Below, piece after piece: positions 1 through 9,760 of a stretch of DNA of 64,000 nt. Position 1 is the first letter of the stretch. Every line of letters starts with the position of its first letter. Location of the stretch: positions 3,008-67,007 of the forward strand of contig CAJWHN010000002.1 of the NCBI GenBank assembly GCA_913041085.1, written 5' to 3'. The DNA is from an uncultured Flavobacteriales bacterium. GTDB taxonomy: Bacteria; Bacteroidota; Bacteroidia; Flavobacteriales; UBA7312. The notes under the pieces were generated by a model that saw only the letters and a list, made by a program, of their open reading frames with translations, did no database searches and was not told the origin of the DNA. A program made the position numbers and the translations under genes.

Positions 1-658
<658 letters not shown>

Positions 659-669
659 TTATACGCCAA

Positions 670-677
670 CAAATGTA
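670..677 (-). promoter_or_regulatory. Bacteroidota -7 promoter box TACATTTG (TAnnTTTG) upstream of gdhA
   Basis: Plus strand reads caaatgta, reverse complement TACATTTG. It lies 23 nt upstream of the gdhA ATG. Confidence 0.4.
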
Positions 678-774
678 TAATTTTTCGATATTCAAATGAT
701 TTTTTTTTGAAAATTTTAAGCCCCTCAAAAAAACACTTTTTTATCCAATTCATCGTGTAAATTATACACTAAAC

Positions 775-1080
775 TTAGTTTAGGATAACTTTCTGGATAC
801 GGTTGAATTGAAAGCTTTGAAATTTTAAGGAATAAACCCCACGGGCATATTTCTTAGTAGCAAGATTTATGGTGATGTCGTTATTAGAATTTAGATCTTT
901 ATTGCATATTAATTTGCCTGAAATATCGATCAATTGTAGCGTGGATTGACTGTTTGCACCTGTTAATTCAATATTCAATAGATCTTTTGCGGGTTGTGGG
1001 TAAACACTAAATTGAAAATTTTCATTAGTATTTATACCAACTGCAGTATCTGCATTTGCTGAAGTTTCAGGCAACTCAAC
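775..1080 (-). pseudogene. Orphan T9SS type-A C-terminal sorting domain with no signal peptide or passenger domain
   Basis: Translation ...NENFQFSVYPQPAKDLLNIELTGANSQSTLQLIDISGKLICNKDL...YARGVYSLKFQSFQFNRIQKVILN shows the Por_Secre_tail pattern (YPxP..., IxDxxGK, GxYxxK). The ORF-track start is a TTG with no ATG. The frame is the same as the upstream dprA fragment and is separated from it only by a TGA at 1081-1083. Confidence 0.6.
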
Positions 1081-1284
1081 TCATTGATTGGCTAAAACAT
1101 TACCAATAGTTGGTATTTTTTTGAGGTTGACGATTTTCTCTTTAAAGAAGGCTTCAGGACCACCGCAATAAGCTATTAATTTCTTGGCAGTATTAGGACC
1201 TACACCTTTAATAAGTGAAAGGGCTAATTGGAATATAAGCTCTTGTGAGATGGCATTAAATTTGTACTTTGCAAAACTAAACAA
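1081..1284 (-). pseudogene. dprA: Truncated dprA/smf fragment: first ~67 codons only (N-terminal HhH/SAM-like domain)
   Basis: ...ELIFQLALSLIKGVGPNTAKKLIAYCGGPEAFFKEKIVNLKKIPTIGNVLANQ* matches the DprA N-terminal pattern. The Rossmann-like DNA-binding core (~300 aa) is missing. The 5' codon is TTG. The 5' end lies only 8 nt from the divergent receptor ATG, and the receptor promoter sits inside the fragment. Confidence 0.6.
1257..1264 (+). promoter_or_regulatory. -7 box TAAATTTG upstream of the TonB-dependent receptor
   Basis: Exact TAnnTTTG match 28 nt upstream of the ATG at 1293. It lies inside the dprA relic. Confidence 0.4.
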
Positions 1285-1292
1285 TATAATTT

Positions 1293-3647
1293 ATGAAGCA
1301 TTTTTGGTCTTTGGCCTTGTTATTTACTGCATTTACATTTTTGAAATCTAAGGGACAGGAAATTAGTGGGCGTATTACGGATAAATTGACTAATGAAACA
1401 TTAATAGGCGTTAATATACTGCTCGATGGAAAGGGTATAGCATCGTCGGATTTTGACGGGAAGTTTAGCATTAGTACTACCAAAGGGAATCATGAGATGG
1501 TTTTTAAATTTATTGGCTACAAGCAAAAAAAAATAAATTTCACACTGTCAGCAGGAGAAAGTAAACAAATTGAAATAAAAATGAGCGAAGATGCTGAACT
1601 CATTGAAACGGTAGTTGTTTCGGCAGGAAAATTTGAACAACGTATTGAAGAAACCACCGTTTCTATTGAGGTAATTAAGCCAAATTTGATTTCTAATAAA
1701 AACACCACCAATATTCAAACTGCTATTGACCAAGTACCCGGTATAAATATCACCGATGGTCAAGCCAATATACGAGGTGGTAGTGGATGGAGTTATGGTG
1801 CTGGAACACGTGTACAGGTATTGGTTGATGATATGCCACTAATCTCAGGTGATGCTGGTCAGGCACAATGGAATTTGATATCTACTGAGAATATCAACCA
1901 AGTAGAAATTATTAAAGGAGCAACATCAGCTTTGTATGGCTCTTCGGCTTTAAATGGCGTTATCAATATTAGAACTGCTTACCCTAACGACAAACCAGAA
2001 ACTAAAATTAATTTTCATAACGGCAAATACGCTAACGCTAAGCGAAAAAGTTTGAACTGGTGGGGCTACAATAAAAGAAAAGTCTATGGCATGGATTTTT
2101 TACACAAACAAAAAATTGGCAATCTTGACCTTGTGTTAGGGGGTTTTTTCTTAGAAGATCAAGGGTATAGATATAAAGAGGTAACGTCTAGACAAAGAGT
2201 TAACTTCAACACCCGCTACAGGAATCCAAAAATAGAAGGTCTTTCCTATGGAATTAATGCTAATTTTTTGTTTAATGAAACCGCATCTGCGCTAATTTGG
2301 GAAAGTTATGAATCGGCATTTATCCCCCTAGATAGCTCTGTAACCAAGACTAGTGGAGATGTCTATAACATAGACCCATTCATAACTTATATAAACCCTA
2401 AAAGTGGAGACAAGCATAGATTAAGAACGCGTTACATGAAGGTAATAAATGATAATGAAACAAAAGATGACCCTGATGGACAAGACAATCAATCCACTAC
2501 ATATTATGCTGAATATCAATATCAAAAAAACCTTGAATCTCTTGGTATTAATTGGACTTCAGGTATAATGAATGAATATGTTGATGCTGTTGCTGACTTA
2601 TTTAATGGCACTAACTACAGACTTAATAATGCTGTGTTTACCCAATTGGATAAAAAATTAGGCAAAAGGATTAACCTATCTCTAGGTGCTAGATATGAGC
2701 AATTTATTCTGAAAACAAGTGAATTGTATGAAATAGCAGGCGACAGCATTAATTCATTCAAAGGGGCTAAACCTGTTTTTAGAGCAGGTATCAACTACCA
2801 ATTGGCAGAAGGCACTTTTTTGAGGTCGTCATGGGGGCAAGGCTATCGTTTTCCTAGTATTGCCGAACTATTTATAGAAACTGAGGTGACTAGCGGCATA
2901 TATGTTTATCAAAATCCTGAACTGAAGCCTGAGTCTGGCTGGAGTTCCGAACTTGCCATTAAACAAGGTTTTAAATTAGGTAATTGGGGTGGTTACCTAG
3001 ATATCGCCGGATTCATCATGGAATACGAAAATATGATGGAATTTAGCTTTGGTCAGTGGCAACCAACAACAGCCAATAGTTTAGGTATCGGCTTTAAGTC
3101 CATAAACATCGGAGACACTAGAATTTCTGGCATTGAATTTTCTTTAAGTGCTGGCGGTAAAGTAGGAAAAAATGAACTAACACTATTAGGAGGTTATACA
3201 TATATCGATGCGATTCCTCTAAATCCAGAAATCCCTTACGGAGAAGATATTAATGGCAACGAATTGAACTATTATAATACCAGCTCTTTGGATTCTAGCT
3301 CTCTATTTTTAAAATACAGACACAAGCACGTTGCCAAATTGGATATGGAATATAAAACGAAAAATTGGTCATTTGGAACGAGCTTTAGGTACAATAGCTT
3401 TATGCTAAATGTAGATAAAATATTCGTTGACCCATTCTTTGAAACTTTAGTACCCGGTATTCCTGAATCTAGAGAAAATCTAGCTGATGGTGATTTTATT
3501 GTAGATACTAGAATTATTTGTGAGTTAAACCAAACAACTTCACTATCTTTAATCATCAATAATTTATTCAATAGAGAATATCAGACTCGTCCAGCCAATA
3601 TGATGGCACCACGAACTGTATCACTCAAATTTGGTATTTCTATATGA
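1293..3647 (+). CDS. TonB-dependent outer-membrane receptor with N-terminal carboxypeptidase-regulatory-like domain
   Basis: 784 aa. Signal peptide MKHFWSLALLFTAFTFLKS. CarboxypepD_reg-like ISGRITDKLTNETLIGVNILLDG. Plug region VVVSAGKFEQRIEETTVSIEVI...IRGGSG. Long beta-barrel ending ...RTVSLKFGISI. Confidence 0.85.
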   Translation: MKHFWSLALLFTAFTFLKSKGQEISGRITDKLTNETLIGVNILLDGKGIASSDFDGKFSISTTKGNHEMVFKFIGYKQKKINFTLSAGESKQIEIKMSEDAELIETVVVSAGKFEQRIEETTVSIEVIKPNLISNKNTTNIQTAIDQVPGINITDGQANIRGGSGWSYGAGTRVQVLVDDMPLISGDAGQAQWNLISTENINQVEIIKGATSALYGSSALNGVINIRTAYPNDKPETKINFHNGKYANAKRKSLNWWGYNKRKVYGMDFLHKQKIGNLDLVLGGFFLEDQGYRYKEVTSRQRVNFNTRYRNPKIEGLSYGINANFLFNETASALIWESYESAFIPLDSSVTKTSGDVYNIDPFITYINPKSGDKHRLRTRYMKVINDNETKDDPDGQDNQSTTYYAEYQYQKNLESLGINWTSGIMNEYVDAVADLFNGTNYRLNNAVFTQLDKKLGKRINLSLGARYEQFILKTSELYEIAGDSINSFKGAKPVFRAGINYQLAEGTFLRSSWGQGYRFPSIAELFIETEVTSGIYVYQNPELKPESGWSSELAIKQGFKLGNWGGYLDIAGFIMEYENMMEFSFGQWQPTTANSLGIGFKSINIGDTRISGIEFSLSAGGKVGKNELTLLGGYTYIDAIPLNPEIPYGEDINGNELNYYNTSSLDSSSLFLKYRHKHVAKLDMEYKTKNWSFGTSFRYNSFMLNVDKIFVDPFFETLVPGIPESRENLADGDFIVDTRIICELNQTTSLSLIINNLFNREYQTRPANMMAPRTVSLKFGISI

Positions 3648-4363
3648 CAGTAATTGGCATTATACCTGCTCGCTACGATTCAAGTCGTTTTCCTGGAAAG
3701 CCCCTGAAAAACATTTTAGGTAAAAGTATGATACGCCGTGTGTATGAACAAGCTGAACAATCAGAATTAGAAAAGGTTATAGTTGCTACTGACGATCAAC
3801 GCATTGTAGATGAGGTCCTTTCCTTTAATGGAGAAGTTATGATGACCTCATCTGAGCATATAAGTGGTACCGATAGGTGTCTAGAAGTAGCCCAAAAGGT
3901 TGCTAATGTCAATGATATTATCATCAATATACAAGGTGACGAACCTTTTATAGAGCCCCAACAAATCAATCAGCTTATAGCAGCTTTTACCGACAAGGAA
4001 ATCGGTATAGTTACTTTATGCAAACGTATAGAAAAAGCAGACACACTAGTCGATAATAGTAAGCCAAAAGTCAAATTTGACGACAATAAAAAGGCTATTT
4101 CCTTTGATAGAGTGATGAATTCACCATTTGAAGACGGTGTTTTTTACAAACATATTGGCATCTATGCATACCGCTTCAATGTTTTAGAAAAAGTTTGTGC
4201 TCTAAAGCCTTCTTCTCTAGAAATTAAACATAAATTAGAACAATGGAGGTGGCTACAAAATGGATATGACATACTCGTTTTAGAAACACCCTTCGACTCC
4301 TATTCTGTAGATACTCCCGAAGATTTGAAAAAAATTATTGAAAGATTTGGGGACAGTAACTGA
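3644..4363 (+). CDS. kdsB: 3-deoxy-manno-octulosonate cytidylyltransferase (CMP-KDO synthetase)
   Basis: MTVIGIIPARYDSSRFPGKPL...IQGDEPFI motifs. ATGA overlap with the receptor stop at 3644-3647. Confidence 0.9.
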   Translation: MTVIGIIPARYDSSRFPGKPLKNILGKSMIRRVYEQAEQSELEKVIVATDDQRIVDEVLSFNGEVMMTSSEHISGTDRCLEVAQKVANVNDIIINIQGDEPFIEPQQINQLIAAFTDKEIGIVTLCKRIEKADTLVDNSKPKVKFDDNKKAISFDRVMNSPFEDGVFYKHIGIYAYRFNVLEKVCALKPSSLEIKHKLEQWRWLQNGYDILVLETPFDSYSVDTPEDLKKIIERFGDSN

Positions 4364-4384
4364 TTTTGATACTTTAGCAAAACA

Positions 4385-5365
4385 ATGAAAACAAAAATTA
4401 ACAAGCACATTTCATTCCTATTGTGTGAACACAATTGCGTAGTAATTCCAGACTTTGGAGGTTTTGTAGCGAACTATGAATCGGCACGAATAGACAGCCG
4501 TTCGCATTTTATGTACGCTCCTAAAAAGAGCATTGTTTTCAACAAAAGCTTACAAAATAACGACGGATTACTTGTCAATGAAATTGCATCTTGTGAAGGA
4601 TTGACTTTCAAACAAGCTAAAAAAGAATTGGACAAATATGTCCTAGACTTGAAAGAATCCTTAAAACTATATAAAAAGGTTTTCATCGAAGAAGTTGGTA
4701 CATTATTATACACTTCTGAAGGTAATATCTTATTTGTTCAGTCCAACTCACGCAATCATTTGCTAGACAGCTTTGGACTAAGTACAGTACAATATCCAGC
4801 TATTCAAAGAACTTCTGTACAAGAACAATTTGAAGAAAAAATAAAGCACATAGACAAGAAACACCTTACTAGTAATAAGAAGGTTTGGTTGAAAGCCGCT
4901 GCTGTTCTTCTACCATTATTTATGGTAAGTGCTCTAGGCATTAGCAATAAAGAGAAGATACAAACCACTTATGCCAACCTTTCACCTTTTTCTTCATCAA
5001 CTACAGAAATTGTAGAAACTAAGAAATCATATAGTCTAGATAAATTTGATATTGAAAGCCCAACCAATGATATTGAACAGGCAGTAATATCCTTTTATGA
5101 GGCCAAGGACAATATGGTCACTACACCTATTGACTTGGACAAACACTTCATCATTGCTGGTGCTTTTTCATCCGAGAAAAATGCCCAGAAAATGATAGCA
5201 AAACTAAAGGGTGCCAACTTTGGCAACTCTAAAATAGTTAACCAAAGCCGTTCAGGGCTTTACAGAGTATGTTACGATGGCTTCAGCAATTCTTCAGAAG
5301 CTTTGTCGGCACTACGAAAAATAAAAAAGACCAATCCTTCAGCTTGGCTTTTATCACTAAACTAA
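4385..5365 (+). CDS. HU-CCDC81-like / SPOR domain protein
   Basis: 326 aa. The N-terminus LLCEHNCVVIPDFGGFVANYESARID is HU-like. There is one central TM segment. The C-terminus FIIAGAFSSEKNAQKMIAKLK...YRVCYDGFSNSSEALSALRKIK is a SPOR peptidoglycan-binding pattern. Confidence 0.7.
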   Translation: MKTKINKHISFLLCEHNCVVIPDFGGFVANYESARIDSRSHFMYAPKKSIVFNKSLQNNDGLLVNEIASCEGLTFKQAKKELDKYVLDLKESLKLYKKVFIEEVGTLLYTSEGNILFVQSNSRNHLLDSFGLSTVQYPAIQRTSVQEQFEEKIKHIDKKHLTSNKKVWLKAAAVLLPLFMVSALGISNKEKIQTTYANLSPFSSSTTEIVETKKSYSLDKFDIESPTNDIEQAVISFYEAKDNMVTTPIDLDKHFIIAGAFSSEKNAQKMIAKLKGANFGNSKIVNQSRSGLYRVCYDGFSNSSEALSALRKIKKTNPSAWLLSLN

Positions 5366-5369
5366 AACA

Positions 5370-5879
5370 ATGTCTTCCAAAACACCTTTACAAAGTTTAG
5401 CCACTCTTACTGAGATGGTACTTCCTAACGACACCAACAATTTGGATAACCTTATGGGTGGTCGTCTTTTACATTGGATGGATATAGCTGCTGCCATATC
5501 TGCACACCGTCATTGTGGGCGAATTGTGGTTACAGCCTCTGTGAATAATGTATCTTTTGAAAAGCCTATCCCGAGAGCTAGTATTGTAACTCTTGAAGCT
5601 AAAGTTTCACGAGCTTTCAAATCCTCAATGGAAGTGTTTGTAGATGTATGGATGGAAAACCAAACAACTAAAGGACGTGTGAAGTGTAATGAGGCCATCT
5701 ACACCTTTGTAGCTGTTGACCAATTAGGCAATCCTATTTCTGTGCCATCTATCACAGCTGAGTCGGATTTGGAAAAAGACCGTTATGATGGGGCATTAAG
5801 AAGACGTCAATTGAGCTTAATCCTTTCTGGCAGACTAAAGCCAGAAGATGCTACTGAGCTGAAAGCCTTATTTACTTAA
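5370..5879 (+). CDS. Acyl-CoA thioesterase (hotdog fold)
   Basis: LPNDTNNLDNLMGGRLLHWMDIAAAISAHRH...VTASVNNVSFEKPI is typical of the YciA/acyl-CoA hydrolase family. Confidence 0.8.
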   Translation: MSSKTPLQSLATLTEMVLPNDTNNLDNLMGGRLLHWMDIAAAISAHRHCGRIVVTASVNNVSFEKPIPRASIVTLEAKVSRAFKSSMEVFVDVWMENQTTKGRVKCNEAIYTFVAVDQLGNPISVPSITAESDLEKDRYDGALRRRQLSLILSGRLKPEDATELKALFT

Positions 5880-6801
5880 TAGGACTTAAATCTATTTCTG
5901 TCATACATTTAAAATGTCCACGTGGGCATTTGGCATAGCCTATCTTAGAACAAGGACGACATCCTAAATCTTTATTTTCTACCATTACAGATGTAGGGTC
6001 AGGAAGGTAAGGCACCATACCAAAAGCTGGTGCTGTATTGCCCCAAACCGAATAGATTTTCTTTTTTAAAGCAGCCGATATGTGCATCATACCCGTATCG
6101 TGAGAGACCACAAAGTCAGCACCTTTAACTAAGAGAGCTGACTGAGTCAAAGAAAGTTTACCACAAGCATTTAGACCATGTGAGGTGGCTTTTATTATTT
6201 CTTCTCCCCTTTCGGCATCTTCTGGACCACCTACCAATACAAAAGGACGATTGAGCTGTTGACACAACTCAATAAGTTTATGAGTAGGCAAAATTTTGGT
6301 AGCATGCTGACCGCCAATTACTACAGCTACAAAAGATGTTTTCATTTGAAATTCCTGTGGTAAACTTTCTGTATCAGGAATAAAAAAGTCGAGGCCTTGC
6401 ATGTCGTTTTTTACGCCCAAATGCTCTACAGTCGCTACATTTCTATCTACCATATGAATAGAAGGCATGAGATTCCATTTAAAAGTCGTCAGCAAGAACT
6501 TTTTAATATTCAATTTGTCGACACTTTTAGAAGGCACTTTCAAAGCACGTTTGATTGCTAGGCTACGCATATTGTGGTGCAAATCCACAATTAGGTCAAA
6601 ATTCAGGGTTTTAAGTTTGTCCGTACCTTCTTCATAATGATGAATAACATCAATGTAAGGATTGTGAGATAGCCAAGAAGAAAAATTGCTTTTAGTTAAA
6701 AAATGAACCTCAGCACTGATTTGTTTTTTCAAGATTCTGACCACTGGCGAAGTCAGCACAATATCGCCAATAGAACTGAGTCGAATAACTAATATTTTCA
6801 T
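5872..6801 (-). CDS. Glycosyltransferase family 9 (LPS heptosyltransferase-like)
   Basis: MKILVIRLSSIGDIVLTSPVVRILK is the canonical GT9 N-terminus. I prefer the ATG at 6801 to the ORF-track GTG at 6813. Confidence 0.8.
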   Translation of the reverse strand: MKILVIRLSSIGDIVLTSPVVRILKKQISAEVHFLTKSNFSSWLSHNPYIDVIHHYEEGTDKLKTLNFDLIVDLHHNMRSLAIKRALKVPSKSVDKLNIKKFLLTTFKWNLMPSIHMVDRNVATVEHLGVKNDMQGLDFFIPDTESLPQEFQMKTSFVAVVIGGQHATKILPTHKLIELCQQLNRPFVLVGGPEDAERGEEIIKATSHGLNACGKLSLTQSALLVKGADFVVSHDTGMMHISAALKKKIYSVWGNTAPAFGMVPYLPDPTSVMVENKDLGCRPCSKIGYAKCPRGHFKCMTEIDLSPIK

Positions 6802-6837
6802 CGATTTTGACACCCTTCAAAGCTAAAGAAATTATCC

Positions 6838-6845
6838 TAATTTTG
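6838..6845 (+). promoter_or_regulatory. -7 box TAATTTTG, 5 nt before the tatD ATG
   Basis: Exact TAnnTTTG. The 5-nt gap to the ATG at 6851 predicts a leaderless transcript. Confidence 0.45.
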
Positions 6846-6850
6846 CCCCT

Positions 6851-7618
6851 ATGAATCTAATAGATACGCATACCCATTTGTTTTCTAGCCAATTTGATGA
6901 AGACAGACACCAAGTTGTTCAAAAAGCAATTGAAAAAGGCGTTGACAAAATGCTATTGCCCAATATCAATAGTGAAACGGTAGAAGCGATGAACCAACTG
7001 TGCCAAGATTTTCCACAGCATTGCTACCCTATGATGGGGCTTCACCCCTGCGATGTCAAAGACGATTATGAGCAAGAATTAGAAATTGTCAAATCTCATC
7101 TCGACAAAGGAGATTATGTAGCAGTGGGTGAAATTGGCATCGATTTGTATTGGGACAAAAGCACATTAGATATTCAAAAAAAGGCTTTCCGTCAGCAATT
7201 GATATGGGCTAAAGAATACGACTTGCCAGTAGCCATACATATTAGAGAAAGTTTCGATGCAATTTTCGAAGTGATAGAAGAAGTCAATGACCAAAATTTA
7301 AGAGGCGTTTTTCATTGTTTTACAGGTACTAAAGAGCAAGGACAAAAAGCCATAGACATGGGCTTTATGCTTGGAATAGGCGGAGTCGTTACCTTCAAAA
7401 ATAGTGGCTTAGACAAAACCTTAAAAGAGCTTCCACTAGAACAACTTTTATTAGAAACCGATAGCCCATACCTTGCCCCTACACCACACAGAGGACAGCG
7501 CAACGAAAGTTCCTACATTCCATTGATGGCACAAAAATTGGCAGAAATCTATGAGGTTAATATAGAGGAAGTAGCAAGAACAACTACACAAAATGCTAAA
7601 ACACTTTTTAAGTTATGA
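6851..7618 (+). CDS. tatD: TatD-family metal-dependent hydrolase/DNase
   Basis: MNLIDTHTHL...GEIGIDLYW...HCFTG...ETDSPYLAP motifs. Confidence 0.9.
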   Translation: MNLIDTHTHLFSSQFDEDRHQVVQKAIEKGVDKMLLPNINSETVEAMNQLCQDFPQHCYPMMGLHPCDVKDDYEQELEIVKSHLDKGDYVAVGEIGIDLYWDKSTLDIQKKAFRQQLIWAKEYDLPVAIHIRESFDAIFEVIEEVNDQNLRGVFHCFTGTKEQGQKAIDMGFMLGIGGVVTFKNSGLDKTLKELPLEQLLLETDSPYLAPTPHRGQRNESSYIPLMAQKLAEIYEVNIEEVARTTTQNAKTLFKL

Positions 7619-8619
7619 GACAATCCGATTCTGTTTTACTAATATATACAGGTGGTACAATAGGCATGTACAAGACCAATGAAGGTAGCTTAAGACCTTT
7701 CGATTTGGACACCCTTAGCACACAAATTCCTGAGCTTAACACCTTTGATATTGACATCAATGCCATAAGTATAGCACAGCCCATAGACTCCTCCAATATG
7801 TCCAAAGAAGTATGGATACAATTGGCAGAAATTATAGAAAAAGAGTACAACAACTTCAACGGTTTTGTTATTCTTCATGGCTCAGACACCATGGCCTATA
7901 CGGCATCAGCACTTAGCTTTATGCTAGAAAATTTAAATAAGCCCGTTATCCTTACTGGCGCACAATTGCCCATCGGAGTACGAAGAACCGATGCTAAAGA
8001 AAATATCATTACCTCTATAGAGATTGCTGCTCAAGGGAATATTCCAGAAGTATGTGTTTACTTTGAATACCGACTGATGCGAGGCAACCGATGTACCAAA
8101 GCCAATGCCGAACATTTTGAGGCCTTTAAAAGCCCCAACTTCATCTATTTGGCAGAAGCGGGTTTGGATATAAAATACAGCCCTATAAAATACGACCATA
8201 CCCATAAAGATTTGAAAGTACACACCAATTTATGCGAAGATGTTCTAATTCTAAAACTGTTTCCAAGCATGAAAAAAGAATACATCGCTAAAGTATTGGA
8301 CTTGCCCTATAAAGGTATCATTTTGGAAACCTTTGGTGCAGGTAACGCCACTACTGCCGATTGGTTTTTAAGGGCTATACAAACTGCCATAGATAATGGA
8401 AAATTGATATTAAATGTGAGTCAATGTTTGTCGGGTAGCGTGAGTCAAGGCTTGTATGAAACGAGCTCCAAACTAGATGAACTCGGTGTAATTGGTGGTA
8501 AAGATATGACCACCGAAGCAGCACTAGCTAAAATGATGTACTTATTAGGTACTGACTATTCACAAGATGAAATAAAACAACACCTTCAAATTTCTTTAAG
8601 AGGAGAGCTTAGCAATTAA
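7615..8619 (+). CDS. ansA: L-asparaginase, type I
   Basis: LLIYTGGTIGM...HGSDTMAYTASALSF motifs. ATGA overlap with the tatD stop. Confidence 0.85.
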   Translation: MRQSDSVLLIYTGGTIGMYKTNEGSLRPFDLDTLSTQIPELNTFDIDINAISIAQPIDSSNMSKEVWIQLAEIIEKEYNNFNGFVILHGSDTMAYTASALSFMLENLNKPVILTGAQLPIGVRRTDAKENIITSIEIAAQGNIPEVCVYFEYRLMRGNRCTKANAEHFEAFKSPNFIYLAEAGLDIKYSPIKYDHTHKDLKVHTNLCEDVLILKLFPSMKKEYIAKVLDLPYKGIILETFGAGNATTADWFLRAIQTAIDNGKLILNVSQCLSGSVSQGLYETSSKLDELGVIGGKDMTTEAALAKMMYLLGTDYSQDEIKQHLQISLRGELSN

Positions 8620-8648
8620 AATGCATTTCTTAGTTTTGTGACCCTTTT

Positions 8649-8733
8649 GGAAAGGTGGCCGAGTGGCTTAAGGCGCACGCTTGGAAAGCGTGTATACGGA
8701 AACGTATCGGGGGTTCGAATCCCTTCCTTTCCG
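8649..8733 (+). tRNA. tRNA-Ser, anticodon GGA (type II, long variable arm)
   Basis: Acceptor GGAAAGG pairs with CCTTTCC, discriminator G. D-arm GCCGAGTGGCTTAAGGC. Anticodon stem CACGC/GCGTG with loop TTGGAAA. Variable arm TATACGGAAACGTATC. T-loop GGTTCGAATCC. CCA is not encoded. Confidence 0.95.
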
Positions 8734-8746
8734 CAATAGACAAAAG

Positions 8747-8766
8747 CACCCGAAGGGTGTTTTTTC
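8747..8766 (+). terminator. Rho-independent terminator after tRNA-Ser
   Basis: CACCC-GAA-GGGTG hairpin followed by TTTTTT. Confidence 0.7.
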
Positions 8767-8896
8767 TGTTTAAAGACTTTAAATAGAGTGGTACGAGCAA
8801 GGATGCTCGCGCCAACAAAGGCTGATTGTTATTGCAACAATACAACTTACTTAAGATTTAATTTTCCAGCACATTTTTTTAAACTATTAATTTGTG

Positions 8897-8904
8897 TAAA
8901 TTTG
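8897..8904 (+). promoter_or_regulatory. -7 box TAAATTTG upstream of exbB
   Basis: Exact TAnnTTTG. It lies downstream of the ORF-track TTG start at 8892, which argues for the ATG at 8943 as the true start. Confidence 0.4.
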
Positions 8905-8942
8905 CGAGAACTTTAAAAAAACAATTTAAAACTAACATTGAA

Positions 8943-9758
8943 ATGAAAAATCTATTAGCTCTTTTTATGCTGACTATTTCCCTGACCTTTGGGCTAAGTC
9001 AAGCAACTTTTGCTACAGTACAAGATGAAATTGATACAACTACAGTCGTTGAAGAAACAGCAGCTGTTGAAGAAGAAGTGGTGGAAACAACTCCAGAAGC
9101 ACCAAGTGCTGCGGTAGAAGAAAGCCCTTCTTTTCACCAAGTCATCAAACAAAAATTTATTGAAGGTGGTCCATCGTTTATGGGTATCGTTCTATTGTGT
9201 CTTATCTTAGGATTAGCACTATGTATAGAAAGAATCATCTACCTAAACAAAGCTACTACTAATGCCGATGCTCTATTATCAGACATCGAAGGAGCTTTAT
9301 CTTCAGGCAATGTAGATGCTGCCAAAGAAGTATGTAGAAATACTGCTGGTCCTGTAGCAAGTATATTTTATCAAGGCTTAGACCGTTCTGGCGAAGGTAT
9401 TGATGTAGTAGAAAAGTCAGTAGTGGCTTACGGAAGTGTACAAATGGGCTTGTTAGAAAGAGGTCTTTCATGGATTTCATTATTTATCGCTCTAGCGCCA
9501 ATGCTTGGTTTCATGGGTACTGTAATTGGTATGATTGGAGCTTTTGACGCTATTGAGGCAGCAGGAGACATTTCTCCATCATTAGTTGCTGGAGGTATTA
9601 AAGTAGCTCTTTTAACTACTGTATTTGGTCTTATCGTAGCGATGATATTACAAATCTTTTACAACTATATAGTTGCAAAAATTGATAGCATCGTAAATAC
9701 TATGGAAGATGCTTCTATTTCGTTTGTAGACATTTTAGTAAAAAACAAAATTAAATAA
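8943..9758 (+). CDS. exbB: MotA/TolQ/ExbB proton-channel protein with signal peptide and acidic N-terminal extension
   Basis: MKNLLALFMLTISLTFGLSQA signal. An acidic T/E/V-rich stretch follows. The ExbB core is ...LALAPMLGFMGTVIGMIGAF...GGIKVALLTTVFGL. Confidence 0.85.
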   Translation: MKNLLALFMLTISLTFGLSQATFATVQDEIDTTTVVEETAAVEEEVVETTPEAPSAAVEESPSFHQVIKQKFIEGGPSFMGIVLLCLILGLALCIERIIYLNKATTNADALLSDIEGALSSGNVDAAKEVCRNTAGPVASIFYQGLDRSGEGIDVVEKSVVAYGSVQMGLLERGLSWISLFIALAPMLGFMGTVIGMIGAFDAIEAAGDISPSLVAGGIKVALLTTVFGLIVAMILQIFYNYIVAKIDSIVNTMEDASISFVDILVKNKIK

Positions 9759-9760
9759 GC

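Noticed and set aside
1081-1083. Possibility that the in-frame TGA between the DprA fragment and the CTD is recoded (read through, Trp/Gly/Sec) to give a real fusion protein
   Set aside because: TGA clearly acts as a stop elsewhere in the window, for example in the ATGA overlaps at 3644-3647, 7615-7618 and 13600-13603. The fusion would also lack an ATG, a signal peptide and a promoter, and would make no functional sense as a T9SS substrate.
8630-8845. 71-aa minus-strand ORF
   Set aside because: It lies antisense across tRNA-Ser and its terminator, so it is an artefact of ORF calling.
8649-8896. tRNA-Ser as the attachment site of an integrated element
   Set aside because: I recognise no integrase, recombinase or phage gene on either side. 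I also saw no direct repeat of the tRNA 3' end elsewhere in the window. The flanking genes (ansA, exbB) are ordinary chromosomal genes.
8892-8942. N-terminal extensions proposed by the ORF track for exbB (8892), the CPBP protease (12224), dusB (12043), the T9SS substrate (17648), the OmpA-like protein (25263), tdk (48303), GT9 (6813) and the lipoprotein (13064)
   Set aside because: Most use non-ATG starts and would overlap the neighbouring gene or swallow an exact TAnnTTTG promoter box. The internal ATGs give canonical N-termini, either signal peptides or family-typical first residues.
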